A stretch of DNA of 63,136 bases, filler included, from Asterionella formosa (lineage: Eukaryota), in NCBI GenBank assembly GCA_002256025.1. It is 19 parts of 19 records of this genome, joined end to end, with 100 filler letters (N's around TTAATTAATTAA, not from the genome) between each part and the next. Parts side by side here need not be neighbours in the genome. Positions count along the whole stretch, not along the records: positions 3,823 to 32,651 come from NKIB01001134.1; 18 more parts are not named here. One strand, 5' to 3'. Shown here piece by piece: positions 11,286 through 22,521 of the stretch. Position numbers and translations under genes: made by a program. Each line of letters starts with the position of its first letter. Positions within the stretch are counted from its first letter, which is position 1. The notes under the pieces were generated by a model, which was given only the letters and a program-made list of their open reading frames with translations, did not search any database and had not been told where the DNA came from.

Positions 11286-12964
11286 CTACTCCGACTGCCC
11301 CCAGTATATTACTTACTACCTGCTACTGGTACTCTGTATGTATATATGATATATTGTTATTGTCATATGATGTACCGGTACACATGAAGAGCTCCCAACC
11401 AAAAAAGGGGCTTAAACAATTTGCTACCAAAACCCTGGCGGCAATTGAACGGTCTAAATAATTAGTTTCAACGGATGTAGAAAATATCGATGCAAACAAA
11501 TTTCAGAAACAATACCGGTACAGGGCGGTAGTCGTGGAAAACAATGGACATATAGTGCATTGAGTATTTTCGAATTATGTATATGCGAGTATGATCATCC
11601 CAACCATATCAGATGTTCCATATCGAGAGCGCGTTTGAATTTTATAAATGTATAACACTTAATATATATATATATTTACAAATTTTATTTCTATATTCAT
11701 GGCATAAATATTTTTGAAATCGTTCTGTCATGTTAACAAACAATGCCTGCAGCTGCATGAAAAGATACGTCGTAGTAAAGCACATTAAAAGAAAAGAAAG
11801 TTTACGCAATACATAACGAAAAACATTGTGACTTCGACACATTGCGCATTCAGAGGATGGAGAATGTTTAAGGTAATGAAGCCATCAATGTGGTACCTGG
11901 ATGACAATCGTTGGGAGGCAGGCAGCACAACAACAAATTGTTAACTAAACGCAGCCACATGTCCTTTTTTCTCAGTTGATTCAACAGCTCGTTTCGATTG
12001 TTGGGGAGCGCCAATGTAAAACAAAACCAAATTGCGTTAGTGCTCTTGTCGCTCGTTGGACCTATTCACTTCTGTTGGAACAACACTGACAAAGCATTTA
12101 CCTTCTCTCAAAGTGAAGCTGACAAAAATTGAATCGGTAAGTTTTATTCGACAATATCGGATACCCAAAACTTACTTATTCAAGAATTTACTGAAAATTT
12201 ACTGTAATAGACTTATGCATCAGTTGCATTGATTTGTGTAAGTGAAGCAAGAGGATACGGTGGAATTGTGTGTTGTTGTGTCAATGTAACATGATGACTA
12301 GCTAACAAATCATTCCTTCTCATTGTTACTGTTTCTGCATAGGACAATAAAACCAATCAAACAACGGAATAGTCGGTGAGTTCAGAGTGTCACTAATTGT
12401 AGGGAGAAACGCGAGACATTAAGCACTGCATGGCGCAAGATTCAGAATAGAGGAAGGAAAGGGCGAGACAGGATCAAGATACATTGAGCCGAGTAGAGAG
12501 AGAAATGTTGGGTTGCTGGCCTGTAGAATCATAGATAGCATTGCTAAATTTATCAATTAAATTAAGATCAGTTCCAATCCTTTTTTAACAATCCTTGTAA
12601 TTAGAAATATGATTATGTTTAAGATAGATATATGATGAAACAATTCAAATGATAGCATATAAATTAGCTGATTTTAGGATGCATTGTAGTTATAATTTAC
12701 ATCGGGCGATCACGAGAAGTGAAAATAATATGAGAAGGTTTATGATATTGACGAGAAATGTTGTTGATCAGTTTATATACATTGTGTGATGATAATGCTT
12801 CTATTATCATTATACTTCAAGGTCGGTAACATATTAATAAATCATCATAGATACAAGATACCTTGATCATATTTTTGATCCAAAAAATATCATATATACG
12901 AAAATCCTGTGCCACTTAGTGTACGATACCCTTGATCCTATATGCATGATACTTTTTATTTACA

Positions 12965-15624
12965 GACGGTCCTTGACGCGTACGAAACCGGCGGGAGAGC
13001 TCTTCTGTTTGTGGGTAAAACCGTTCTGCTCTCGTTGTAGATGCTTGCAGGGTACTCGCTGCAGTTGCCAAACTTGTCCCCCATTGTTGGGCCAGTGTGG
13101 CTGCGTCCACAGTTGAGCAGCGATCTGTGCTGGAAGTGGCTCCAACACCATGCACAATGTCGCCATGTGTGCTAAAGAACTCCCCAGTTGTATCTCCACG
13201 AGCAACATTTTCATAAACCTTCTCGAGGTTGGCAAAGGACTGCGAATAAGGGTCCCATGCTGCCTCGGAAGTAAATATGACATGCCGACAGTTGACTAGT
13301 TCATCGTCGGTAGGGAGGCAAGTAGTGAGATAGCTGATGCATCCATGCATCTTGAATGGGAAGAAAAGGTCTTGTTCTGGAACATAAATTCCGTGCAAAG
13401 ACTTTCCTTGGGATTTTTGCTTGGGGCAGGTGTCGACTACAAAACCATATGTTCGACACTGATTAGGGTTGAGGAGTGAATTGTCTAAACGCTTGCCAAA
13501 GTAAAGGCCTTCGTTCCAGACACCAATGATGGTTTCCTGTACCCCTGTTAGGTCAATTGCTGTTGCACATGTGCCAATTGGAACATCTGAAAAGGATCCG
13601 AGCTCCCCAGAGAAGCCCTGAACATATGCCACTCGATTGCTTTGTTCTAGTAGGCGGAATGTTTTCCCAAAACAACATGTGTTGGCTCTGGAATCCACTT
13701 CCAGAGGAGCTGTGACCTTTAAGTCATTAAGATGCTGTATGACTAGTGCCTTTCCAATGTTGTAGCCCACTTTACAGTGAGTCATCACACCAGCAAGCTC
13801 CCTACGGGTGCTGCTTGTTGAGCTGACCTTTTGCTTTTTGGTTGGGTTCTCAGAATGCCTATTCCAAGAGTCGCGGCCGAATGATGCGGAAGCAGCGTCA
13901 CTTGGCATGTGACTGGGACCTTCAGTCGCATCATCTTCAGAATCGGCTTGCTCATTTTCATGTCCTTCACTCGATACCGATTTAACAGAACAACCTTCCT
14001 CTTTATTTCGACCCCGGAGAAGATAGCTCACATATTTGCTCCCAAGTTTCCCTCTAGCTTTCTTCACTGCCTCAATTACATTATCTGGAATATAATTGTT
14101 CTCGCCCTGTTGTTTCTTATCGCCTATCCCTTTTCCTTTCTCGGAATTCTTTCTCTTTAATCCTTTGATTTTTTACTTTAGTTTCTTGATTTGCCGATTT
14201 GGAGTGCTATTTTGACCATCATCACCTGTCTGAGTTAATGTGCCAAGTAGCGCCATGCGTTCTCCAATCTTGGCCAAGGCATGACGAGGACTTTTCTTTG
14301 CCTTTTTGTCAGTAGCAACAATCTCAGCTGCTATGCCTTTGGTCTTTTCATGGAGGATCATGCTGACAAGAAAGCAAACTTGGGTATGCTTGTCCACTCC
14401 AGCCTTCATGCTTTCAAGTTCTTGGTGATAACTCAACAATGTATTGCTGAACTTATCCCAGGGGAAGTTTTTCGTTGCCCTATACTGTAACGTTTTGAGT
14501 TTGTTCCTCACTTCTTGAACCCTGGTTTCATTTTTGGAAGTACTCTGATATTGAGAATGCATGCTCAAATATGCAGACCGCCCATCCCCGGGGAACTTCC
14601 TTGAGTGTACTGAGGCGCCGCCATTAGCAAGGGCCATTTCAAACATCTGACTGACCTTGAAGTTATTGCGGTCAAATCTTTTGCCCGAGAGTGTGGTACC
14701 CTTGATCTGACATCTAATAGACGACTCTTCTTTCATTGCTCTAACAATAACATAGAGTAGGGGATATCCTTCTTCATTTCTAGAGTTAGAGAGATAAGCT
14801 CTCCACTTTATATTGAAGGTCTTATAAGAAATCTGATTGCCATTAAAAGTAGGCAGAGTCAGCCCATCCTTGGCACCCCCCACAGCTCTCCCTTTAGTTG
14901 TGCCCTCTCTTTCTTCCTGATTGAGTAGAGATGCGAGAGCGTCATCATCAAACTTGGTGAGATTCATGAGGCCAAGGTTCCTACCTGCCTCTTGTTGCTG
15001 TCAAAGTCATCGATGTAAAACCCTAATGCGTTGAATAACCAGGACCCGAAGTCTTGTCAACCCTTCATAATGAAAGAGTTTGTCCAAAGCATCTTTATCG
15101 AAAAGGCGTGCAAAAGATTTCGCTGAGACCGCCCCATTCTCTATCACGATATCTGCTTGGGCTGGGGTGAGTCCAAAGGTGATCAATTTCTCTCGAAATT
15201 GCGGCTCTGCCAACACACCATTAAACTCAATGAACACTTGCGCCATGGCAAGTTGATCACCAACTGAAATGCCCGATGGATCGTCATCATCATCGTCGCT
15301 TTCGTTGCCTCCACTATCGCCTGAGCTATTGCTGGGGTTGTCTGCCAGTCCAGAGGAACTGTCACTCTGACTCCGATCGCTTGCTTGCAGGTCTGGTGCA
15401 GGGATTCAGACCTCCTGAATCACTTCAGGCCGCATTCCCACAACTCCTTCCGCCTCAACGACGTCATCTGGCGGCTCCAGAAGCTCATCTTCTCCCTGGG
15501 CTGCTCGAATTTGCGCTCTTGTCGCTTGTTGAGCTGCAATGACATGCTTCGAGACCCTACCACCCTGTCGAATCCTCTGCTTGGTTATTGGTGACATGAT
15601 GATAATGACCCCAACACTGAACAA
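12965..15624 (-). mobile_element. Diatom-type (CoDi-like) Ty1/copia gag-protease region, degenerate, truncated before integrase
   Basis: gag-like LPTFNG...WRAYL...GYPLLYVI and DGRSAYLSM...Y. Protease LEVDSRANTCCFG. LAQQWGTSLATAASTL...LSRRFRT. Stops at 15406, 15007 and 14173. Confidence 0.85.
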
Positions 15625-16827
15625 CGATGCGCAAAAGCGGACTCCCAGAACACCGAAACAAACGTTGCTTGCTGGCCAGCAGTTTTCCCTTCGAATATTA
15701 CAACAATCAACCGATAAAGGCTACTGAAGAGGCTACATGGGTCTGATAAACCGACTAATTCTACTATTAAACAGGCGATGGGAAGAATAATGAACCTAAT
15801 GTTGCAATTAGAGCTATCGAAGGGTACCACACAAAAAAGAAGTAATCACAAAGCAATGTCCAACACAACTTGTTGGATGGGAAAAACTCGACATATTCCA
15901 GACAAGGATTACCCACTCAAGGATGACCAAAATGCATGCTGGTCCTACAGGCCGCTAGTACCAGGCGCCTGCATGTCATAAGACAGACATCGCAGGACTA
16001 CACCTAACGGTTTCCCCGTTGAGCGTACGCCTGAGACACCCTGAGGTATACCCAGAATTTACCACGGCATCATCGTGTCCATGAGTTGAGAAGCGGAGTT
16101 TGTCTGTATTTCCCTCTGGATGATAAGCTCTGGACGTTCCAGGAGCATCAAACAACAGTAGATCAGATCCACTTTCGCAAACAACAGCCAAACAGAGCGC
16201 GTTGTTTCCAATGGAGGACACAACCTCATCACAGCGTTTGCGAGGACCTCCATGGTAATCAACAGACTCTTTGTTGCGACATGCAGCTTAGCAAGACATT
16301 TGGTAGGTTTACCTGTTCAGCAACGAAATAAAGTGATGCTTCTCGCTTTCGTGATAGGGCAAGAATTAAATAATGTTCTGTGATGGTGGAGACATACCAA
16401 GATGATGTCTGTCGCATTTTGGCTTCGAGAAAACCATCATTGCAAATACAGAATGTATTGTCTGAAACAAAAATGGTTTTATTATATTCATACATGAATA
16501 CTATGAATAAGGGAAACGTACAGTATGCAGATGATACCGGTGGATTTCTAGATCGTATTTTAATATTATTATTATTATTTTTATATTATTTAGTTTCTCA
16601 GCAATGCTTACCACATTTTGATGATCACTGTACCAATGTCACCACAGGATAAGGTGCACTGGGTATTGAAATCACAACATTTGTTTCTGGGAGAATGGCT
16701 GCAACCGGTTTGTCTGGTTCACCTATAGGTTGTTCGCGTTGGGAGCATTTACAGACTGCTTGCAAAGGAACCTTTTGAACGAAAACACGCCAGCAAACAA
16801 AAACAACAACACCAAAAAGCAAAGGGC

Positions 16828-17309
16828 TCCTAGAGCCTTTGAAATAGCTCCAATCTCAATCATTAAGCGAGAAAACCCGAATAACATGGATGAAACAACG
16901 CCAAAGGTGAAAAACTGAACAAATAGATTAAAATATACTTTCACGAAGGCACTGGCAAATTCTTCGGTCCTCAGAACTAACCCAGCCAGCACTTGAGAGG
17001 AAAAGGATGGCATGTGTGTGAGCTGTCCATGAACTTGAATCTTGACACAACACAAAATACCAAGTAGAAGGGTTCCATGAGTTGCAATGACCTGTGACAA
17101 AACTTACAAAAGATAAAGATGACAGCAATCCACGAAGCTGTTATTTTCGGCTTTAGATATGTAGCTCCCAACGGAGGGTAAGCTTTGGCGAGAATGATTG
17201 CCAATATGGCCAAAATCATGAACTCATTTGCGATATAGAATGTAACCGCTCGTTTCCAGAGCTTTGATTGGTAGCACTTGGGATGGTCTTGTGGGGGGCT
17301 CATCGGCAT
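16828..17309 (-). pseudogene. SLC10A7: 5' fragment of a sodium/bile-acid cotransporter 7 (SBF-like) gene
   Basis: NEFMILAILAIILAKAYPPLGATYLKPKITASWIAVIFIF, then a phase-1 GTAAGT..AG intron (17107-16992), then LLAGLVLRTEEFASAF...FNLFVQFF. Similarity stops after ISKALG. Confidence 0.75.
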
Positions 17310-17550
17310 CCTAAGGAAGGGGCACTTCGTGCATGAATATTTGCTTTCCCTCGGCGCACATTATGGTCATTCCTTTCCTCAAAATCTCGTTTGACTACAA
17401 TTAACACGCAATCTAATAAACGATTCAACAAATGAAAGGGAGAGCAAGATTTCTGGCATTTTCGAGGATGAAAGATTAATACCAGTATTCATTACCATCA
17501 CCTTGGCACTATATTCTGTTCGAATATTTCATGGTACCAGGTACCAGGTA

Positions 17551-17646
17551 CCTGCAATTTGCCGTATTTTTGCAGGAGCTAGAGATTTAGCTACCTTTAT
17601 CCAAGATTAAAATGTTAGTTCAAGCAAAATGACCGCAACTTGCTGG
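17551..17646. mobile_element. 96-bp TA-flanked MITE (Tc1/mariner-type), copy 1
   Basis: TA|CCTGCAATTTGCCGTATTTTTGC...GCAAAATGACCGCAACTTGCTGG|TA. Homologous copies at 37056 and 60756. Confidence 0.85.
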
Positions 17647-18379
17647 TACCACCTTATTACCTGATGGTACACGGTAACCAGGGTACCGGTACTGCCGGAA
17701 TTATGAGTGATGCCGGTATATAGCGAGACCCAATGTTCGTAGGCTGTGCGTTGTTCGGTCCATGGCGGAGGCGGCAATTAAGTACCAGGTACCAGCAGGT
17801 ACAGTACCGGTACAGGTACCCTGGTACGACCTTATTACCTATCAGCGAATTCCGCGCACTATATTCTAAAAATTCCACGTACTAGCGGTTTCAACCTACC
17901 AGTACTTCATTCAAAGTCTGACCGGCTCACCAATTCCAAAATTATATTAATCTCAAAACATTTCCATGGCATATTTATATTACTGGTGGCTGTAACCGTT
18001 ATAAAGTTTCAAACGGAAAAGCGCTGCCATCTTTCACAGCAGAATCGCTGACTACCAACTTCAACCTGCTGACTGCAGACTTCTTATTGATAACTGCTGA
18101 CTGCATTTGCTGACTACCAGTACTGACTTCATTTGCTGACTACTGGTACTGACACAAAGTTGCTGACTGCTAACTTCAAGTTGCTGACGTCAAGCAACCT
18201 ACTTTGTACCCAGGAAGAGACCAACTATCGGTACCAGTGTATGAATCGTGTTTACTTTTTCATATATTTGAATTAACGATGGAAACGCATCTTTTCGTTG
18301 TTGGGATGATACTAAAAGCGATGCCTTCTACATTTATACTATTGGGAGTAACACAGAGGTATCTGGTACTCCGCAAATA

Positions 18380-18579
18380 GTAAAATGCTGTTAAAAAAAC
18401 ATACAGATGATGATTTTGAAATAATTGACTTGACTACAAACAACCAGACTTTTTTTGACTATGAATTTGTTGAATACACAGTAAAATGCTGTTAAAAAAC
18501 ATACAGATGATGATTTTGAAATAATTGACTTGACTACAAACAACCAGACTTTTTTTGACTATGAATTTGTTGAATACAC
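18380..18579. repeat. ~101-bp direct tandem duplication
   Basis: GTAAAATGCTGTTAAAAAA...TTGTTGAATACAC occurs at 18380 and 18481. Confidence 0.93.
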
Positions 18580-18628
18580 TGAGGTCTAGTACACTACATG
18601 CAACAAAAAAGAATATGCTTTTGCTGGA

Positions 18629-18920
18629 GTGACAATTGAAATTGCGGATGATGAGATCAATCAAGCACACCATGCAAGCATCAAAAACAGTGAGAGAAAA
18701 ATTTGCCCATCAGGTGATGAAAATGAACGTTGGTTAGCAGATATAGGCGCTACCAGTCATATTGTTACTATATTCAATAAGTATATGACAAATGTGAAAG
18801 CAGTAAATGTATGCATTGTTTTAGGCGATGGTAAAGAATTCATTTGCAAGGAACGCGGAAATGTCTGAGAGCAAAACAAAGTGACCAATGAGACATTCTT
18901 CCTTACGAATGTCCTATACT
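18629..18920 (+). mobile_element. Ty1/copia aspartic protease remnant
   Basis: WLADIGATSHI (degenerate WxxDSGAxxH), VLGDGK, then a LTNVLY-like motif after a stop. Confidence 0.7.
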
Positions 18921-19387
18921 ATGGGTTGCAGAAATTCCCTGGAACTAAGAATTTATAGGAGCTATTTTTGAATGACATGATTCCGTTTGAAATATTCAAA
19001 TCAGTGGAAATTTGCGCGTTCTTACATACTAGATTCCTTTTTGAACTAGCTAAAAATATAGATTGACATTGTACATCACTGTATGTATATGTACCAACGA
19101 TTACTTTTCTTATGTACGACCCGGCGGCTCGGCAAATATTTGAAAGTGCAATCAACGAGTGGTACCTGGTACCAGGTACCACACGTATGATGTCCAATGA
19201 TGATCATCTACTGGTACCCGCACTGGAAATAGTACCAATACCGGCCTACCGGTACACGGTACAACCAAAGAAATGTTACATGTGTATCCAATGTGGCCGG
19301 TGTGGGTTTGCAATTCCTCTCACAATCAAACGGAGTCGAGTATTTCGCCATAGCCAATCAGTTCATATATAATGATACTGCGCGCAC

Positions 19388-19785
19388 TCACAAGACTACC
19401 ATTCCAATGATGACGTTTCGGCGCTAAGTGGTTCTGATTCCGATATTTCGGAGACCGTAGAAAAGGCCGATTTTGTCGAATTTTTGGACAACGATGCATA
19501 GCTCAACGTTGGCTGGTTCTGAAGCCGATTTAGATACATAGGTAACCTTTAAATAGCATGAGTATATAACTTCTGGCGAGAAACTGCAGAAAGGAACTTC
19601 GGTTTTTTTACTATGCCAAATAAAGTGATTTCCCCCGAAATTTCTTGTCTTTATAGCATAGTTAAAAAACCGAAGTTCCTTCTGCAGTTTCTCGCCAGAT
19701 CCTATATCCTGACGATGTATAGCGTTGACCTGTGCCCCTACTTTTGTCAATGACTGTATCTAAGCATATGGAAAGGGTGTATAAT
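19388..19785 (+). mobile_element. Terminal region of a Mutator-like element family, with an internal 44-bp inverted repeat
   Basis: 19388-19660 is a diverged reverse complement of 44188-44465, which lies downstream of the Mutator-like transposase. IR arms at 19572-19616 and 19656-19699. Confidence 0.7.
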
Positions 19786-20399
19786 GGTGAAAGCTTCGTT
19801 TAGCGAACACATTTATGTTTTACTTGTAAGAAGTGTCTGTTTGAGTACTCTGACTCAATATTATTTTTTAAACCCTACCTCTAAACTAGGGTTGAAATGG
19901 AGGAAAGGAACCTTAAATTCATGATATATGTAATTTAGTACCTGGTACCGTATGCATACTTAAATGGATCTGTATTATCTTGTGATTGTGCTCATCAGGG
20001 CAATTGAGCCGGAGAAAAATCATAGGAATCAAAATGGCCCCGGAGAAATTTTAACAATCGCCGAAACTATTTTCAATCAGAGGCAGTACCATGTACTCTT
20101 GTTAAAAATTACATATAGACAATAGACCGATGGAGGTGGTACCAGGTAACATTTATTAGATTCGATGACTAAGCCTTTATATGTGACCCACTCGACATAC
20201 CCGATAAAGATAATCTACATATGGTCACGCATAAATGATTGATGGATGACATCCTGCATCTTTTGTTTCACGGACATCTTGACGATTACTATACCAGGGT
20301 ACCGTGAAGGTACCGGAAAGGTGGTGAAACAAAAAACTGTGATTGCTCTTGGTCTCACACTTTCATCGGTTCGAAAAATTCATTGCTTGATCTGTGAAT

Positions 20400-21560
20400 A
20401 TGCTTTCCAAACTCGTAATCGCTTCCCTACTGGCGGCATCCGCCGTCTCTGCTCAAGAAGTAGTTTCCGTTTGCCCCACCACCCGCCCTGACTCCAACAC
20501 AACCTGCTCGATGGATCTCAAATGCTCCTGGGCCTTGTCCGACACTACCGGAACGGGGCAAGAGACTTGCTCCTGCATTAGTGGCGGCACGTTCGTGGAA
20601 TGTGAAGCGTGGATGGTGGACATTCCGTTAGCCTTTGAAGCCCCAGTGGACCCAATGGTAACCAAGGAATTGGTGGCCAACAACTACCTCGTGTGGCAGT
20701 GCCCCGACACTGCCATTTTCCCAGTGCCCGGGGACCCCGTCCCCCTTTGCCCAGACTCCATTCCTCCTCTCACGTGTGACTACAAGACTGACTCAGCAAT
20801 GGAAGGATATACGGGAGGCACCAAGTGCTCCTGCGAGGTGGATGCAGTGGATGGAACTAACAAGTTCGTATGCTTTATTTGGCAGACTCAGGTGACGTCT
20901 CTTCAAATTCCGGAACCTACCATCAACTCAACTGATGTCATGTTTCAAACCGCTGTGCTTTTCAAAGATCCTGTGCTAGATACTCCTACTGTTGCGGGAG
21001 TCAATTCCACTGCTGTGGAATTCACCTTTACTACCAATGATGTGGAAATTCCGTCCGGAACCGACCCAAATCGGCCAAATCAAGTGTTTTCCGATAATGC
21101 TAACATAACGGGTCCAGTGGGAACTCTCAAGGTGGATGTTATGGTGGATCCAACGGATCCTCCGCCAGTCTTGATTTCTGGGGCTCCTCCAGAAATAATG
21201 ACCTTTGCCCCTCCAGTAGCCGACCCCGTCCTCATTGACACGACCCCCATTGTTCTGACAAGCACTACCGGAACAAATTTAGATACTTCCCCTACTTCGG
21301 CTCCCTCCGCTGAGGCAACTTTCGTTACTCTTACTTCCGGCACACCTCCAGTTGTTACCACTTCTGGTCCCATTGTTCTTACCAATACACTTGGTGGTGG
21401 CGGTACAAAGCCAAACAAGGGCAAGAAGCCAAAACCTACGGCCACAACTTCAACAACAGGCACGACGGCAACAACGGGCACGAAGCCAAAGAAGGTGAAG
21501 AAGATCAAGTTGGGCTTACGAGGAGGGAAGAAAAATCATAACAATAAAAGCATTCCATAG
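20400..21560 (+). CDS. Secreted protein: signal peptide, two Cys-rich modules, Thr/Pro-rich region, Lys-rich C-terminus
   Basis: MLSKLVIASLLAASAVSA|QE signal peptide. Two CP...C...C...CSC...F.C modules. Tail KPNKGKKPKP...KPKKVKKIKLGLRGGKK. Intronless; ATG at 20400. Confidence 0.88.
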   Translation: MLSKLVIASLLAASAVSAQEVVSVCPTTRPDSNTTCSMDLKCSWALSDTTGTGQETCSCISGGTFVECEAWMVDIPLAFEAPVDPMVTKELVANNYLVWQCPDTAIFPVPGDPVPLCPDSIPPLTCDYKTDSAMEGYTGGTKCSCEVDAVDGTNKFVCFIWQTQVTSLQIPEPTINSTDVMFQTAVLFKDPVLDTPTVAGVNSTAVEFTFTTNDVEIPSGTDPNRPNQVFSDNANITGPVGTLKVDVMVDPTDPPPVLISGAPPEIMTFAPPVADPVLIDTTPIVLTSTTGTNLDTSPTSAPSAEATFVTLTSGTPPVVTTSGPIVLTNTLGGGGTKPNKGKKPKPTATTSTTGTTATTGTKPKKVKKIKLGLRGGKKNHNNKSIP

Positions 21561-21927
21561 AATGAATTGCTCTACCGGTATATACAATCATCCATGGAGA
21601 CTGATTATATACATACCGGAATATATTTAATTTTGTGTATGTACTGGTAGTAGGCAACACGGTTGATCCAACGTCATCACGGCTCCTCATCATATTTTAA
21701 CATGGATATGCAATATCATGATTTTAGGCAACAATACCATACCAGTAGTCGACCGGACCGGCATCTGGTGTGCACAAAGATTAGATCACGGGAAGGCTCG
21801 TCAAAGTCGTGTTCGCATTTTTAGCCATTTGCATCACCAACAACAGTCAATCAGATTGATACTACAATTATATATAATTATTGTACTGTATTACCTTCAC
21901 GGTATATCCAAACGACAAAAGTAAAGA

Positions 21928-22521
21928 ATGGGCCGTTCTCAAGTGAAATACAATCAAACTCATGGTCGTCCTGGAAACCAAAAAGGCAGACAACCACCAT
22001 TAGCTGCTGCATCATCTGCATCATCATCATTAGCAAAGAAAGTTGCATCCGCGGTAAATCTTGGTGACAATTCATGGCGCTACGACAAACAAGAACTACC
22101 TGATGATGTGAACATTCATGACGACACCGTTATGGCATTAACAAGTTTTGGTAACTACACTGCATCACGAGAAACAACAACAACAACAACAACAACACCA
22201 CACACATTATGGAACGAACAGAGAATGCAGGACTTGCTCATCCAAATGGCTCAACTTCTTTCCACAATGACACTTTCTGAACAACTTCACATACCAAAAT
22301 ACCTGGTTGATGACGACATTATAGTCCAAGATTTGGCAAAGGGAAAAGAACCACCAACGTTAAAGACTCAAGTTGCAGTGCTACCAATGGAGGAACAACC
22401 ACATGATGCTACAAGTACTACCGGTAGTACTCAAGTTGATGAAAATCAAAATAACAATGATGATGAAGAGAACATTGAAGAAATGGATTTGAATGCTTGG
22501 TTAGATAGTGTGATTTCATGA
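21928..22521 (+). CDS. 197-aa low-complexity protein, Aven-like
   Basis: Basic Gly/Arg N-terminus, LGDNSWRY (compare Aven SNWDRY) and C-terminal DLNAWLDSVIS (compare Aven LEDWLDSMIS). Confidence 0.7.
   Translation: MGRSQVKYNQTHGRPGNQKGRQPPLAAASSASSSLAKKVASAVNLGDNSWRYDKQELPDDVNIHDDTVMALTSFGNYTASRETTTTTTTTPHTLWNEQRMQDLLIQMAQLLSTMTLSEQLHIPKYLVDDDIIVQDLAKGKEPPTLKTQVAVLPMEEQPHDATSTTGSTQVDENQNNNDDEENIEEMDLNAWLDSVIS

Larger units (their letters stand above)
3823..12150. mobile_element. Large multi-ORF Plavaka-type DNA element, degenerate and rearranged; ends not defined
   Basis: Contains the Plavaka transposase remnant (7328-9302). Sub-segments recur on other contigs: 3823-3886 is the reverse complement of 55619-55682; 9120-9715 matches 42281-43385; 10971-12150 matches 54121-55518. 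Confidence 0.6.

Noticed and set aside
15800..16325. 5' LTR of the copia remnant (TGTTG...CAACG)
   Set aside because: One end is imperfect, no second LTR is available and no convincing PBS was found.
21080..21508. Antisense ORFs over real genes and TEs (also 26830-27264, 29907-30233, 32850-33449, 2637-2933)
   Set aside because: Shadow frames of the opposite-strand coding sequence.
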